Assembly (NCBI RefSeq): GCF_001194135.2
Contig: NC_068982.1
Location: 75,225,252 to 75,289,251 of the forward strand
DNA: 64,000 nt
Direction of reading: 5' to 3'
From: Octopus bimaculoides
Taxonomy: Eukaryota
The first letter of the stretch is position 1; each line of letters begins with the position of its first letter. The notes under the pieces are model-generated. The model was not told the DNA's origin. It saw only the letters and a program-made list of their open reading frames with translations, and did no database searches. Positions 40,553-54,317 of this stretch are shown in pieces. The position numbers were made by a program, and so were the translations under genes.

Positions 40553-41041
40553 TCTATAACTATAAAAGAGAGTTTGTGTGTGTGTGTGCCTATGTTCCTT
40601 ATGCTTAGCAAAACCGAGTTGCTGATTTTCACCGAAGGGGTATCAAAAGATTCAGTAAGCTTTTGATTACCAACTAAACTATATTTCATTCACATATTTG
40701 CATTACAAAAATTTAACATTATCATTTTTCTTTTAATCACCTATCAACATTTTATATCACCACCACAATGACAATGACGTCACATTTTCTATATGCATGT
40801 GTTCACATGTTCATTACCTGTGTTAGGCCGATGTCTGACAGGTATATGTGTGTGATGGTGTGTGTTTGTCAGTATACATGCATTTGACTTCAAACAACAT
40901 CATTCACTTTCAAGTACTACCAATATGAAGATTTGCCTGATTTAACATCACTCACAATACTCACAAATATATCTGAGAAAAAATATTATTCTGGTTATTA
41001 TAACAAATTCAGTAACTTGGCAAAGTACAAAGCTTCAGTAG
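40553..41041 (+). mobile_element. Non-autonomous Helitron-like element
   Basis: a|TCtataactataaaagagagtttg(tg)n 5' end; 3' end ...agcttcaGTAG|t, a variant of CTAG|T. Confidence 0.45.
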
Positions 41042-44000
41042 TTCTTTCAATATAATTACAGAAATGTTATTCCACTCCTTCTAGCCAGTTTCAAGATAAT
41101 GTCTTTTTAACCATCCTTGTATTCTTCATCACTGTGAGTATCAACGTCGCACAACCGTTTTACTGCATTACTCAGTATTTATTCTACAGCCTATAATGTT
41201 ACAGAGTTCAAAAACAGCATCTTTCTTTTTATTCACTTTGTTCAGCATTTGTTTCAAAATTATAAAATAAATTATTTTTGTATGTAAAACTGAATTATGC
41301 CTTCTAAATTTTCTTTGACTTTCACTTTCTTCACTGTGACATTCATTCAATCATGAATTTTATAACATTTAGTACATGTTCCAAATAAATGTTGACTTTC
41401 TGTACTTTCTTACATTGGTGATGCATACTAACTTTTGCTAAATTGGTGACTGTAAAAGATGGGCTGCAGCAAATATTCTGCTCAATACCATAGATTTGCT
41501 TGCCAGTTACTAAAGAGAAATGCTCTGATACAGTACCAGTCAGTGGTTATGCTCTGATGCAATACCAGGCAGAGGCTTTCATGGCTTATAATCTTAACTG
41601 ATTGGAAGTGTGATCATGTACATGTTTTGTCTTAGTGTAAAAGATGGGCTATAACAAATATTCTACAGATTTGCTTGCCAGTTGCTTGACCTTCACCAGT
41701 TGAGCATGTCCCTTAGTGGCTGACGATATGTGCATCTCTGATCACCAGCAGAAGTAGTGGGGAGCATCATAGCCATGTGTTGAGAGGAATTCTTTGGGAT
41801 TTAAATAATTCACCTCTGGAAACAGAGGTATTCATCATCCTTAAACAGCCCTTATTCAGGGACCTTTTATATAGAATGGGCTACTCAAACTGAAGAAAAT
41901 TCTAACTGGACCCCCTGCAAGATCCTGTGCTCTTTATCTTGATACGAGGTCATCATGTTGCACACATATGGTTGTGATGCATGTGCCTGGTGTACCCTTA
42001 ACAGATGGATAGTCATAACAGGTATATTGAGCTTTGTATATTTGTATCCCAGCATCACTTTGATGGTGTGTGTTGTTCTCTAAGTGATAATGAGAAAGGA
42101 CATACATACATAATCATCATCTTCATTTAGCATCCATTTTTCCATGCTTGCATGGGTCAAACAGATTTCTGAAATATACTGGTTTATTTTCTCCATAGAG
42201 TAAACACCTTAATGTTAAACACAAATGTCTTCTGAATGTGACTGAAAAATCTATTAACAGACTTCATTCTTTTCCTGGTTCCAGTCATAGGACTTTGGCT
42301 CTGCTGTGGTCATCATATTTTGAACCAAAAATTTAAGAGAAAAAAAATAATCATTAATTTGTTTTTCTATATTTCATTTCTTTAATTTGCATTTAATTTG
42401 TATCATATAAAATTTTTAGTGTCATATGTTTTCTTTTTCTTTCTCTGTTATTTATATTAATGATAATGAACTTCTTGTATACAATGCTCAGTACGTGGAA
42501 TATACACAGGAAGTGAACCATGAAAAAAACCTTAAAAAAAAAAGGGAGGAGTCATCTATTCCAGTCATCCATTTTCTCTGTCCACTACTCCTGGCAGGAT
42601 AATGAGGCAGAGTCCTCAGATACCTTCTTCATGGGGTCTTATCAGAAGCAACCGTCATTAGACTTACGGACTGGATTCTCAAGCATCACTAACTAAAACT
42701 ATAAATATCGAAGCATCACCAACTAAGAGTATAAATATTCAAACGTCTCATTCTTGGTTTACCCCCAAGTCTCTTGTCAGTTGACTTGACTTGAAGAATC
42801 CATCTGGCAATGTTTAATTTTTTGACATTAATTAACTTTCATTTAATTACATACTCATATGAGAGAGATAACTGTCCAAGTCTCTATTTCACTGTATGTG
42901 ATTATCTAACATAGGCACGGTTATTTCCCTTATATTTGCATGCTTAGAAGCTGTTCTTTAGTTAATTCAAAACTTTAATTTTATCTTATTGTTCATTGAT
43001 GTAAAATTTTTCTGTATCAGTCTGTAATTTTTTTTTCCAGCAAATAAATGCCTGGCTGTGTGGTTAAGTAGATCACTATGTAACCACCTGGTTTCAGGTT
43101 CAGTTCAACTGCATGGCACCTTGGGTAAGTGTCTTCTACTGTAGCCTTGAGTTGACCAATGTCTTGAAGGGTTTAATCCAACAAATGAACTTTGGTACTT
43201 ACTTTTCAATCTGGTACTTATTCTATTGGTCTCTTTTGCTGAACTGCTAAGTTATAGGGAGGTAAACAAACCAACACAGTTGTCAAGTAGTGGTGGAGTA
43301 CAAACACAATGCAAACACAAAAACATACACACACACACACATGGAAGATGTAGGATGAAGTACTGAGTCTTATAGAGGAGATGACAGAAGACTGAGATGA
43401 TTGGTGCTTTGCTATGCTTAAGAAAACCCATCTGCCTCAGCAGAAATGATATCCTAAAATCACCTTGTACATGTGGGGCTCTGTCCCACCATCACATTTT
43501 CTGCTTCATCAAGCATTTCTGCCACACCTCATCCCCTAACACTCATCACTTCAATGTACTACTTGGCTACTATAATCACCTGAAAGCAGAATAGGCACAT
43601 ACTACATCCTCTACTTTCTTCCCCACACCAGAAACCACTGCCATTTCTCATTATCTTCCCTACCCACTATTTCCACCAATCATCACCAATCACCTCCTTT
43701 CTGTGCCTTCAGCAAATTCCCCTCTCCCCTTTGCTACACTCCATTCTTCACACCTCTGTTTCCTCCTATTACTCTTATCTGCCATAGCCACCCCTGAGCA
43801 GCGCCTTTATCTCTCCCTATTACTTGTTACACTTCTTCATTAACTCTAGCCATCTCTCCTCACATTCTTATGAAACTTTCCCCTTCCCCCCTGTTCCCCT
43901 TGTCCTCCTGTCCCCCCTGCCCACTCACCCAGTCCAATCCCCTGTACCACTTCACTTATCTTCATCCCCTACTGTACCTTGAGAGTGTGTCCTGTCCAAC

Positions 44001-44629
44001 ACATCTCCACCACCAACACTTTGTCTCTCTCTCTTTCTCACTTACTCCCTTTGTTTCTCTCCTTTTCTCTCTTTCTTTCCTTTCCAGCTGGGGTAACCAT
44101 GTATTTCCTCTATAGCAAGATACCTATCTCTATCCCTATATCACATTTCTGTGTCATCAACTGGCACAAAACTACCTGCCCCAATACTACTGCCCTCCCA
44201 GTTGAGGGTGTCTTTGTTTTGTATGTTATTTGGTGACCCTGCTGGTGCTGGTGCCACATGATAAGCACCCAGTACACTCTGTAAAGTGGTTGGCATTAGA
44301 AAGGGCATCCAGCCATGGAAACCATTACCAAAGACGACACTGGAGCTCAAAACAGCCCAGCAGCTTGCTGGTTCCCTGTCAAACTCCAACCCAAGTGTAC
44401 ATTAAATGATGATGATGATGACAACTCATGAGGGAAAAAGTCAAAGTTGAGCTCAGCTGGATTTGAACTTAGTATATAAAAAGCCACAATGAATACCACC
44501 AGGCTCTTTTTTTAGACTCTAACAATTTTGCTGATTCACCACCAAATTTGTTATTGTTAAGTATAAATGCTTGTGATCAGATTGAAAGAGTGAGATTTAA
44601 TCAGTATTCAGTTAGCTTGCCTGGAACAA

Positions 44630-45118
44630 CTAGTAGCCAAACAGATGTATATTGTAAGTGTATGCTTGTTGTAAATGTACATTTATTGTAAATGTTTGCT
44701 TGTAAGTGTTTGTAAATTTATAGTAAACAAGTTTAGTACACAGGTAGTAGAGAGACAATGCGATGATAAAACTGAGGTTGGATCTTGAAAGTTTGGATGA
44801 ATGCTGCCTCAGTTAAATCTCTTGTGGTTCCAAATGATGTCATCTGTAGTACAGCGTCGTATTGTCTAATTTTGTTTTGCAAATGTTAGGAATCTTGGTC
44901 AGTTGATGGTAACAGTTTCTTCAATAGCTCTGGAGGTTGAGGATTGTGGAATTGTTGGGAATGTTTTTAACTTTGGTGTTATATGTATTGCTTGAATTTC
45001 TTTGACATATGAAATATATGTATTTTCACTGGGTTTGCAAAAGAGAGTTGTGTAGTTCTCGAGTTTTAGGGATTCACACAGACAGACAGACACACATTGT
45101 CATCTTTATATATAAAGA
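44630..45118 (-). mobile_element. Non-autonomous Helitron
   Basis: Minus strand a|TCtttatatataaagatgacaatgtgtgtctgtctgtc...ggctaCTAG|t; A|T insertion site. Confidence 0.7.
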
Positions 45119-46109
45119 TATATATACACACATACACAAACACACGTATATATATGTATATCAATATAAATATATGAAAGTCAACGAAGTTTCGTAAAAG
45201 AAGGTGATCATGTACATACGTTCTTGCTGTTGTGATTATAACACCTCGTTGTAAACAATGTTCCTTGTTTTCCCTTGTGGAGCATATGCAAATAGGTTTT
45301 TTTTGCTGCCCACTCTTGAGCAGTTGTCCATGTGATAATTGTCTTAGAACAACCAGTCTCTCATCTGGGAAGGCCTTGAAATCAATGTTACCAACTGGGG
45401 ACTATGTGTGTCGCAGTGATAATAAAAAGACTCAAAGGAGGTCTGCAACAAAATAATTTTACTCAACACTTTGCAAGTGAATCAGTGGAGGCAAAGATGC
45501 ATCTCATTTACTTGACAGTTTATGCACCACATTNNNNNNNNNNNNNNNNNNNNNNNNNNNNNNNNNNNNNNNNNNNNNNNNNNNNNNNNNNNNNNNNNNN
45601 NNNNNNNNNNNNNNNNNNNNNNNNNNNNNNNNNNNNNNNNNNNNNNNNNNNNNNNNNNNNNNNNNNNNNNNNNNNNNNNNNNNNNNNNNNNNNNNNNNNN
45701 NNNNNNNNNNNNNNNNNNNNNNNNNNNNNNNNNNNNNNNNNNNNNNNNNNNNNNNNNNNNNNNNNNNNNNNNNNNNNNNNNNNNNNNNNNNNNNNNNNNN
45801 NNNNNNNNNNNNNNNNNNNNNNNNNNNNNNNNNNNNNNNNNNNNNNNNNNNNNNNNNNNNNNNNNNNNNNNNNNNNNNNNNNNNNNNNNNNNNNNNNNNN
45901 NNNNNNNNNNNNNNNNNNNNNNNNNNNNNNNNNNNNNNNNNNNNNNNNNNNNNNNNNNNNNNNNNNNNNNNNNNNNNNNNNNNNNNNNNNNNNNNNNNNN
46001 NNNNNNNNNNNNNNNNNNNNNNNNNNNNNNNNNNNNNNNNNNNNNNNNNNNNNNNNNNNNNNNNNNNNNNNNNNNNNNNNNNNNNNNNNNNNNNNNNNNN
46101 NNNNNNNNG

Positions 46110-46388
46110 TTAGTGGAATAGTTTCATTTTTAAAGTGAAAGTATTTGACATTAGTGTTTTTGTTTCACTTTTGACACGTAATACTTAAATAGTGGAAGAG
46201 ATATTATGTTGCCGTGGGCTCGAACTCTGCAAGAAGTTAAACATTTTTTTTTGACTAAAACACAACTGGAACCCTAAGTAAGGCATCTGTAAAATTTGAA
46301 TGAAATTGGTTGCGTAGTTCTCGAGTTTTAGGGATTCACACACACACACAGACAGACAGACACACATTCTCATTTTTATATATATAGA
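46110..46388 (-). mobile_element. Non-autonomous Helitron 5' part (same family; runs into the gap)
   Basis: a|TCtatatatataaaaatgagaatgtgtgtctgtctgtc...gaatccctaaaactcgagaactac is shared with the 44630-45118 copy. Confidence 0.65.
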
Positions 46389-47307
46389 TGTTTGAATGTT
46401 TGCACTGGTAAGTATGCTTTGGTGAATTACCCAGCTTCAGGTTAGATTTCATTTTCTTATGATTTGCTTAAATCTGGCACTCTTTTATGCATTGTAGTTA
46501 ACTATTTAATGGGACAATCAAGCCTGTGACCTACATTTATTTTATTACACAATTAACATATATAAGCTGAATTTCCTCTTACTTGAACTGTGAAGGAACC
46601 TCAATGCTTTTGTGGAAAAGCACAATGACCTGGGGAAAAAAGATCATCATCAGGTGCAGGAGTGGTTGTGTGGTAAAAAGTTTCTCAACTACATTGTTCC
46701 AAGTTCAGTCCCACTGCATGACATTTGGGGCAAGTGTCTTCTACCTCAGGCCCTTGTGAGTAGACAGAAACTAAAAAAGCTCAGTGTGTGTGTGTGTGTG
46801 TGCGTGCATGTGTGTATAGGTATGTTGGTGTAAACAGGTAAAATAGAACTCAAAATATGGGTGTTTGTATATTTTCATTAATATTTAGCAAAAGCAACAG
46901 AGTGACTCAAGGTCCGAGAATTTCGTGCATTGGTACTTATCAAACTGAGTGCCAACGCATGAAACACTTGGACCTTGAGTCACTCTATTGTTTTTGCTAA
47001 ATATTAATATAAATATATATATCATCCTCATTCAATGTTCGTCTTCCATGCTGGTATATGTGTGTGTGTGTGTGTGTTTGTGGCTGTGTTTGTCCCCACC
47101 ACCACTGCTTAGCAACCAGTGTTGGTATGCTTACATCCCAATAACTTAGCTGTTGGTAAAAGAGACGGATAGTATAAGTACTAGGCTTTAAAAAAAAACA
47201 ATAAGTCCTGGGGTTGATTACCTTGACTAAAGCCCTTTAAGGTAGTGCTCCAGTATGGCCACAGTAAAATGACTGAAACAAGTAAAAGGATAAAAGAATC
47301 CTCTACC

Positions 47308-47340
<33 letters not shown>

Positions 47341-50264
47341 ATGTTTTAACGTCTACTTCTCCATGCTTTTATCTGTTTGGAAAGAATTTATTGAATCATA
47401 TTTTCTATGGTTAGGTGTCCTTCCTGTCACCAACCCTCACCTGTTTCCAAGCAAGGTAATATTTCCCCATAGATTTGGTAGATGGATTTGTGTGTATATA
47501 TATATATATAAATATATACACAATGGGCTTCTTTCAGTTTCTGTCAACTAAATCCACTCACAAGGCTTTGATCAGCCCAAGGCTATAGTAGAAAACACTT
47601 GTCCAAGGTGCCACACAGTGGGACTGAACCCAGAACTATGTGGTTGTGAAGCAAGTTTCTTACCACACAGTTCTACCTGCACCTAAATATATACAATGTA
47701 CTTCTTTCAGTTTATCAAGTATACTCATAAGGCTTCAGTCAACTACATTAACGGGTGGCTATAGTAGAAGACACTTGCACAAAGCATTGCTCAGTGGGAC
47801 TGTACACAAAACCACAAGGTTGTCGCTATTACATTGTGAAGGTGCATGACTTAGTAGTTGTAGGATAATTGGCTTACAGTTGTGAGTTTGATTCCTGATG
47901 GCATGTTGTGTCCTTGAGCAAGACACTTTATTCCACATTGCTCCAGTTCAGTTAGTTGGCAAAAACGAGTAGTACCTGTATTTCAAAATCCCAGTCTTAT
48001 CACATTCTGTGTCATGCTGAATCTCCCTGAGAACTACATGAAGGGTGCATATGTCTGTGGAGTGCTCAGCCACTTGCACGTTAATTTCATGAGCAGGCTG
48101 TTCTGGTGATTGAATTAACTGGAACTCTTGTCGTTGTAACTGACAAAGTGCTAGTAGTATATTATTACAATTGATTAAATGTAAGAAAGACTAAAATGTT
48201 TTATTTTATTCATTATTTTAATATTTTTCCCCTATGTTTTTCTAGCAGTATCCCAAACACATAACATGGTGCCCTTATGCCCTTGGTATCCCAAGTAACA
48301 TACCTGGGTCATCAATATTTTTAATGCCTTCTTCCTAAGATATTCTTGTCTTCCTTACACCATTAGTAGGTCAAGTGACTACTTGTCATATAACTAACAC
48401 AAAAAATAAGTCACATTAGCTATGTTTATATACCTGTGTGGTTACTCACTGACTGCTGCTGTTGAAAAGAAACTCAAGTAAAACTGTTTGTTCAGTCAAT
48501 CAATAAAAATATTCTCCACTTTAAGACATTTTATAAGTTAACTTAATAATTTTAAATTTTTAGTTCATATTTTTGTACATCATCATTGTTTTAATGTAAA
48601 CTTTTCCATGCTTGAAAGGATCAGAGAGAATTTTGTTGAGGCAGATTTTCTACAGCCTGATGCCCTTCCCATTGCCAACTCACCCCTGTTTCTAAGCAAG
48701 GTAATATTTCCCCATGGCCAGACATTTTTTTCACAGAAAATGAACAACATCACTTGTATGATGGTGTTGCTTGTTTGCAACCAGCATAAGGATAGGATAA
48801 CCTCTGCCCACATATATAAGACAAGCTTCTTTGTTTCCATCTACTCATCTTCTCACAGAGCTTTGTTCAGGCTGGAGTTACAGTAGAACACATTTGCCTT
48901 AGCTGCCATGCAGTAAAACTGAAGCTAAAACCACAAGGTTGGAAATCGAGCTTGTTAACCACAGAGCCAGTCCTGCTTATAANNNNNNNNNNNNNNNNNN
49001 NNNNNNNNNNNNNNNNNNNNNNNNNNNNNNNNNNNNNNNNNNNNNNNNNNNNNNNNNNNNNNNNNNNNNNNNNNNNNNNNNNNNNNNNNNNNNNNNNNNN
49101 NNNNNNNNNNNNNNNNNNNNNNNNNNNNNNNNNNNNNNNNNNNNNNNNNNNNNNNNNNNNNNNNNNNNNNNNNNNNNNNNNNNNNNNNNNNNNNNNNNNN
49201 NNNNNNNNNNNNNNNNNNNNNNNNNNNNNNNNNNNNNNNNNNNNNGATTACATCGACCTCTGCGTAACTGGTACTTAATTTATCGACCCCAAAAGGATGA
49301 ACGGCAAAGCTGACCTCGGCGGAATTTGAACTCAGAACGTAACGGCAGATGAAAAACTGTTAAGTATTTCGCCCGGCATGCTAACGTTTCTGCCAGCTCG
49401 CTGCCTTTCAGTTTCTATCTACCAAATCCACTCACAAGGCTTTGGTCAGCCTGAGGCTATAGTAGAAGACACTTGCCAAAGGTGCCACGCAGTGGGACTG
49501 AATCTGGAACCATGTGGTTGGGAAGCGAGCTTCTTACCACACAGCCATGCCAGCACCTGTATGTTATGTTAAAGGTTTTTTTGGTTGTCTTACAGGTTTT
49601 AATCTTATCTTTTCCCGTTTTTGATGTAATTATTCCAAGGAGAAAATAATCAAAATTCCAGGTGAAGCATATAACAACCTTGTGAAGAAGAGTTTATCTT
49701 CAATAAAGATTTATTCTATAATGAAAAAAAAAAAAACAGCCATTTATAACTTATCAATTATATAAACAAGCCACCAGGAGCTTCTATGTTGAAACTAATT
49801 AAATGCTAAGAGAGGGAAAGTTTTTGTTGTTGCAATCTGTAATTATAACTTTATATTTTAGGTCATGTATACAATCTTTCTCAAATTTTCTAGATGACAG
49901 CTTGAAGAATCTGTCCTAATTTCAAGCAGTATTTTCCTTTTAAAACACCAATTACTTTGTCTGAGGGAAGAGTAAAGATTAATACAGTTTGGCACTAGTA
50001 TCAGAAATGACCAAAAACAAGGTTGAAGAGGTAGCACTGCTTTAGGACTAAATTGATCATCACTACATAGCTGGTACTGGTACTATTTTTATAAATTTCT
50101 AAAAGAAGAGTAAAGTTGACGCCAGTCGTATTTAAATGCAGATAGTAGATAGAGCGAGGGAACAAACGCTACCAGGTATTTTATCCAACAATCTAACTGT
50201 TCTGCAATTAACTTCATATGTGTGTGTGTGTGGGGGGGGATGTATGTGCGCATGTGTGTATAAG

Positions 50265-50676
50265 GTGTAGGCGTGGCTGTGTGGTAAAAAGCTTGCTTTC
50301 CAACCACATGGTTCCAGGTTCAATCCCACTGAGTGGCACTTTGGGCAAGTGTTTTCTACTATAGTCTCGGGCCAACCAAAGTCTTGCGAGTGGATTTGGT
50401 AGATGGAAACTGAAAGAAGCCAATTGTATATATATGTGTGTGTGTGTATGTATTTATGTGTACGTATCTTTGTGTCTGTGTTTGTCCCCCCATCACTTGA
50501 CAACTGATGTTAGTGTGTTTACATCTCCATAACTTAGAGGTTCAGCAAAAGAGACCAATAGATTAAGTACTAGGCTTACACAGAATGAATCCTGGAGGTC
50601 GATTTCTGCGACTAAAACCCTTTAATGCAGTGCTCCAGCATGGCTACAGTCAAATGCCTGAGTAAAAGATAAAGAG
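50265..50676 (+). mobile_element. SINE family A, full-length copy
   Basis: Head gcgtggctgtgtggtaaaaagcttgc...ggttcaatccc, (TG)n middle, tail ...agtaaaagataaagag; directly upstream of the Tc1 element. Confidence 0.8.
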
Positions 50677-50698
50677 AATATATAAACATATATATATA

Positions 50699-52280
50699 CA
50701 GTGGGGGGAAATAAATATTCGTACATGTCAAAATTCTTTATTTAATTTCTAATGAACATAAATGGGATATACCAATACTATATTTGCATACACATGCATA
50801 AACTAAGAATATGCAAAAGAAACTAATAAATTATAGTAACTAAGGAATTTATATTCAATCATAAATATTTAGGGGTGAAAAAAGTATTCGTACAGAACAT
50901 AAATAACTGATAATTCTGATTTAATACTTCGTAGCATAACCATTATTCAGTTCCACTTCAACCAATCTCTTCTTGTTGTTCTTAATCAATGATGCGCATC
51001 TATATTTAGGAATTTTTTTCCCATTCTTCTTGAGAATTTTTCTTCAAATCTGGAATGTATGTTGGAGCTCTTGAATGAATTTTCAATGGGGTTCAAGTCA
51101 GGTGACTGGCTTGGCCATTCTGATAATTTTATATTGTGATCGACAATCCATTTTTTGGTAGACTTCGCCGTGTGCTTAAGGTCATTATCCTGTTGTAAAA
51201 CCCTCCCTTCACAAGCTGGAGCTTTTCTACAGAGTCCCATAAATTATTGTTCAAAATATTTTGGTACATCTCTGCATTCATTCTACCATCTATCACATGT
51301 AAATTTCCAGTGCCATTTGCAGAGAAACACCCCGACACCATGATGTTGCCACCTCCAAACTTTATGGTAGGAATTGTGTTTTTTGGCGAAGAGGTGGTAC
51401 CACCTTTCCTTCAAACATGGCTATGTGAATTTCGTCCAAGCAATTCAATTTTCAACTCGTCTGTCCATAGAACATTTTCTCAGAATGTATCAGATTTATC
51501 TTTATGTTCCTAAACAAATTTTAAACGGGCATCTCTATGCCTTTTGGTCAACAGCGGAGTTTTTCTAGGAGAGCATGACTTCAGTTCATTCCTATGAAGT
51601 TCATTGCTGATTGTTTGTAGTGTAACACTAGTCCCTGCAGCTAACAAATCTTCTTGAAACTCTTTTCTGGTGATCATTGCATTTTTTTCGATTCTTTGCT
51701 TCATTTTTCTTAAAGATCTAGGGGAAATCTTGTGTGGTGCATTGGATCTTATTCTGTTTTCAACAGTTCCCGATTTTTTATATCTTTGAATAAATGAAGA
51801 TATGGCAGAAAATGGAATACAAAGGGTCTCTGATACTTTCCTGTAACTTTTACCTGCTTTCCACTGTTCAATAATTAAGTTTTTCACTGAATTTGTGAGT
51901 TCTTTACTTTTCGCCATTATTATGACACTACTTTATGTTGTCTCAGTGCTGAATGAAGAAGCTAGCGTTTTGACACTTAAAAATGACTACTGATAAGATT
52001 ATTGGAACAAACAAGAAAGTTCTAGTAGAAAAAAATTATTTTAACAGCATTTTGTTGCATAGAAAATCATAAATTTATTCTGTATGAATACTTTTTTCAC
52101 CCCTAAATATTTATAATTGTATATAAATTCATTAGTTACTATAATTTATTAGTTTCTTTTGCATATTCTTAGTTTATGCATGTGTATGCAAATATAGTAT
52201 TGGTATATCCCATTTATGTTCATTAGAAAGTAAATAGATAAAGAATTTTGACATGCACGAATATTTATTTCCCCCCACTG
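50699..52280 (-). mobile_element. Full-length Tc1 (DD34E, IR-DR type) transposon, inactive
   Basis: ~200-bp TIRs (50699-50897 and 52078-52280) start CAGTGGGGGGAA with TA TSDs, each carrying inner and outer tattcgtaca direct repeats. Transposase 51917 to about 50940: paired-like [27 protein letters not shown]; several stops and frameshifts. Confidence 0.95.
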
Positions 52281-52984
52281 TATATACATAAGAGAACACA
52301 AATGGCATTTAAAATTTACAACTGTTTCGGTAGCAACCTTGTTGGAGCTGGTGCCATAAAAAAAAGTACTCAGTACACTCTATAAATTGGTTGGTGTCAG
52401 GAAGCTATGCCAAAGCAGACACTGGAGCACAACATAGCTCTCCAACTCATCGGATCCTATCAAACAATCCAACCCATACCAGCATAGAAATTGGATGTTA
52501 AAAGATGATAGAGAAGCTGCAACGTATGTATTGAACTCTTTTATGAATTACTGATCCTCTAATCATGTGATTAAATACACATATCTATATGTGTATGTGT
52601 CTAAGTGTGAGAAATTCTTCAAGCTGAGCCAAATGGAAGAGGTGCCAGAGGATTCTACCTCAATAACCCCACCCCCACCCCAAGAATAATAGGCAAAGAA
52701 AATGGATGTTCTATTCTTTTACTTTGTTTCAGTCATTTGACTGCGACCATGCTGGAGTATTGTCTTGAAGGATTTTAGTTGGAGAAATCGACCCCAGGAC
52801 TTATCTTTGTAAGCCTAGTACTTATTCTATCAGTCTCTTTTGTTGAACTGCTAAGTTATGGGGATATAAATCCACCAGCATCAGTTGTCAAGCAATGGTG
52901 GGTGGACAAACACAAATACACACATAAATATATACATATATATATATACATACATATATATGTATAAATATACATATATATATA

Positions 52985-53292
52985 AAGGAGCACTCTGTTG
53001 ATTATGACGAGGGTCCCGGCTGATACGATTAACAGAACAGCTTGCTCGTGAAATTAACGTGCAAGTGACTGAGCAATCCACAGACATGTGTACCCCAAAC
53101 GTAGTTGTCAGGGAGATTCAGCGTGACAAGGCCGGCCCTTTGAAATACAGGTACTACTCATTTTTGCCAGCTGAGTGGACTGGAGCAACATGAAATAAAG
53201 TGTGTTGCTCAAGGACACAACGCGTCGTCAGGAATTGAACTCACGACCTTACAATCGTGAGCCGAATGCCCTAACCACTAAGCCACGCGCCT
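52985..53292 (-). mobile_element. tRNA-head SINE with CORE-like domain (family C), nested inside a family A SINE
   Basis: Minus strand reads gcgcgtggcttagtggttagg (A box)...gagttcaattcc (B box)...gtgtccttgagcaa. Flanked by the family A tail (52705-52920) and head (53310-53455). Relatives at about 15260-15520, 18270-18620, 21195-21530, 47840-48150, 61615-61770. Confidence 0.7.
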
Positions 53293-54317
53293 CATATATA
53301 TATATATATATATGATGGGCTTTTTTCAGTTTCTCTCTACTAAATCCACTCACAAGGCTTTGGTCAGGCCAAGGCTATAGTAGAAGACACTTGCCCAAGG
53401 TGCCAGGTAGTAGAACTGAACCTGGAACCATGTGGTTGGGAAGCAAGCTTCTTCCTATACAATACACACTTACATAAATATATATTCCCATCATAGTCTT
53501 GTCCCTTCCACTCTTTTATTTGTTCTGGCCTTTTCCTTTTCGTTATTCCCTCTTTGGTCTACACACCTGAAGTTACTAGATACTCTAGAGTTAGTATTAC
53601 GAAAAAATACATCCAGTACACTCTGTAAACTGGTGGGCAATAGGACGGGTCTTCAACTGTAGAAACCAAGCTAAATGACATGCACGAATACCAGTCTGTA
53701 GGAGCAGTGGGTCCCAGTAAGAAATTACTCGGATCATAATTACCTGTCCAACCCATGCGAGCATGCAAATCGCCCGCGAATTGATGTTCACTCTCTATCT
53801 ATCTATATATACTTTCTCGCTTTCCCTCTCTATATATAATGAAAAATTCCGTTATGCATACAAGTAAATTTTTAGCAAGATATATCCAAATATTTCTCTA
53901 TATTTATATATAAAAGGTGTTCATTTCGTAAAGTAATATTTATGTTTTCCTCTTTCACACTGATAAAAATCCACATTCACATGCATAGAAACACATATTT
54001 CTAACTACCTTCTTTCGTTTTACTCAAGTTATCTGCAGGTAAGCATAGCTACGTATTGATACAAGCTCGTACAGATAAAAACACACAACAATATGACGAC
54101 ATGATGCAACAGCACAACATCTATATTATAGATGGACGGTGACTTTTCAAGTGTTTCTAGTTAGGAAATCTAAATAAATGATGGCGGCCAGCCACAGACA
54201 TGGCGGCGGTGTACAGTTGCTGCTTCCGTTGCCGCTGCTGTTGTTGTTGCTACTGCTGCTGCTGCTGGTGATGAAGCACGGGGAGGTAACGTTGTCACGA
54301 TGTTATTTAGTTTTAAT

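Noticed and set aside
42560-42810. Exon-like unique sequence with a 30-bp tandem duplication and a minus-strand ag...gtaagt pair
   Set aside because: All frames contain stops and there is no homology I recognise; at most a lncRNA exon.
43430-44140. Long pyrimidine-rich tracts (also 8700-9100 reverse, 19620-19760, 28960-29130)
   Set aside because: A recurrent degenerate repeat preceding RTE-like tails; a PLE origin is possible but I cannot support a family call.
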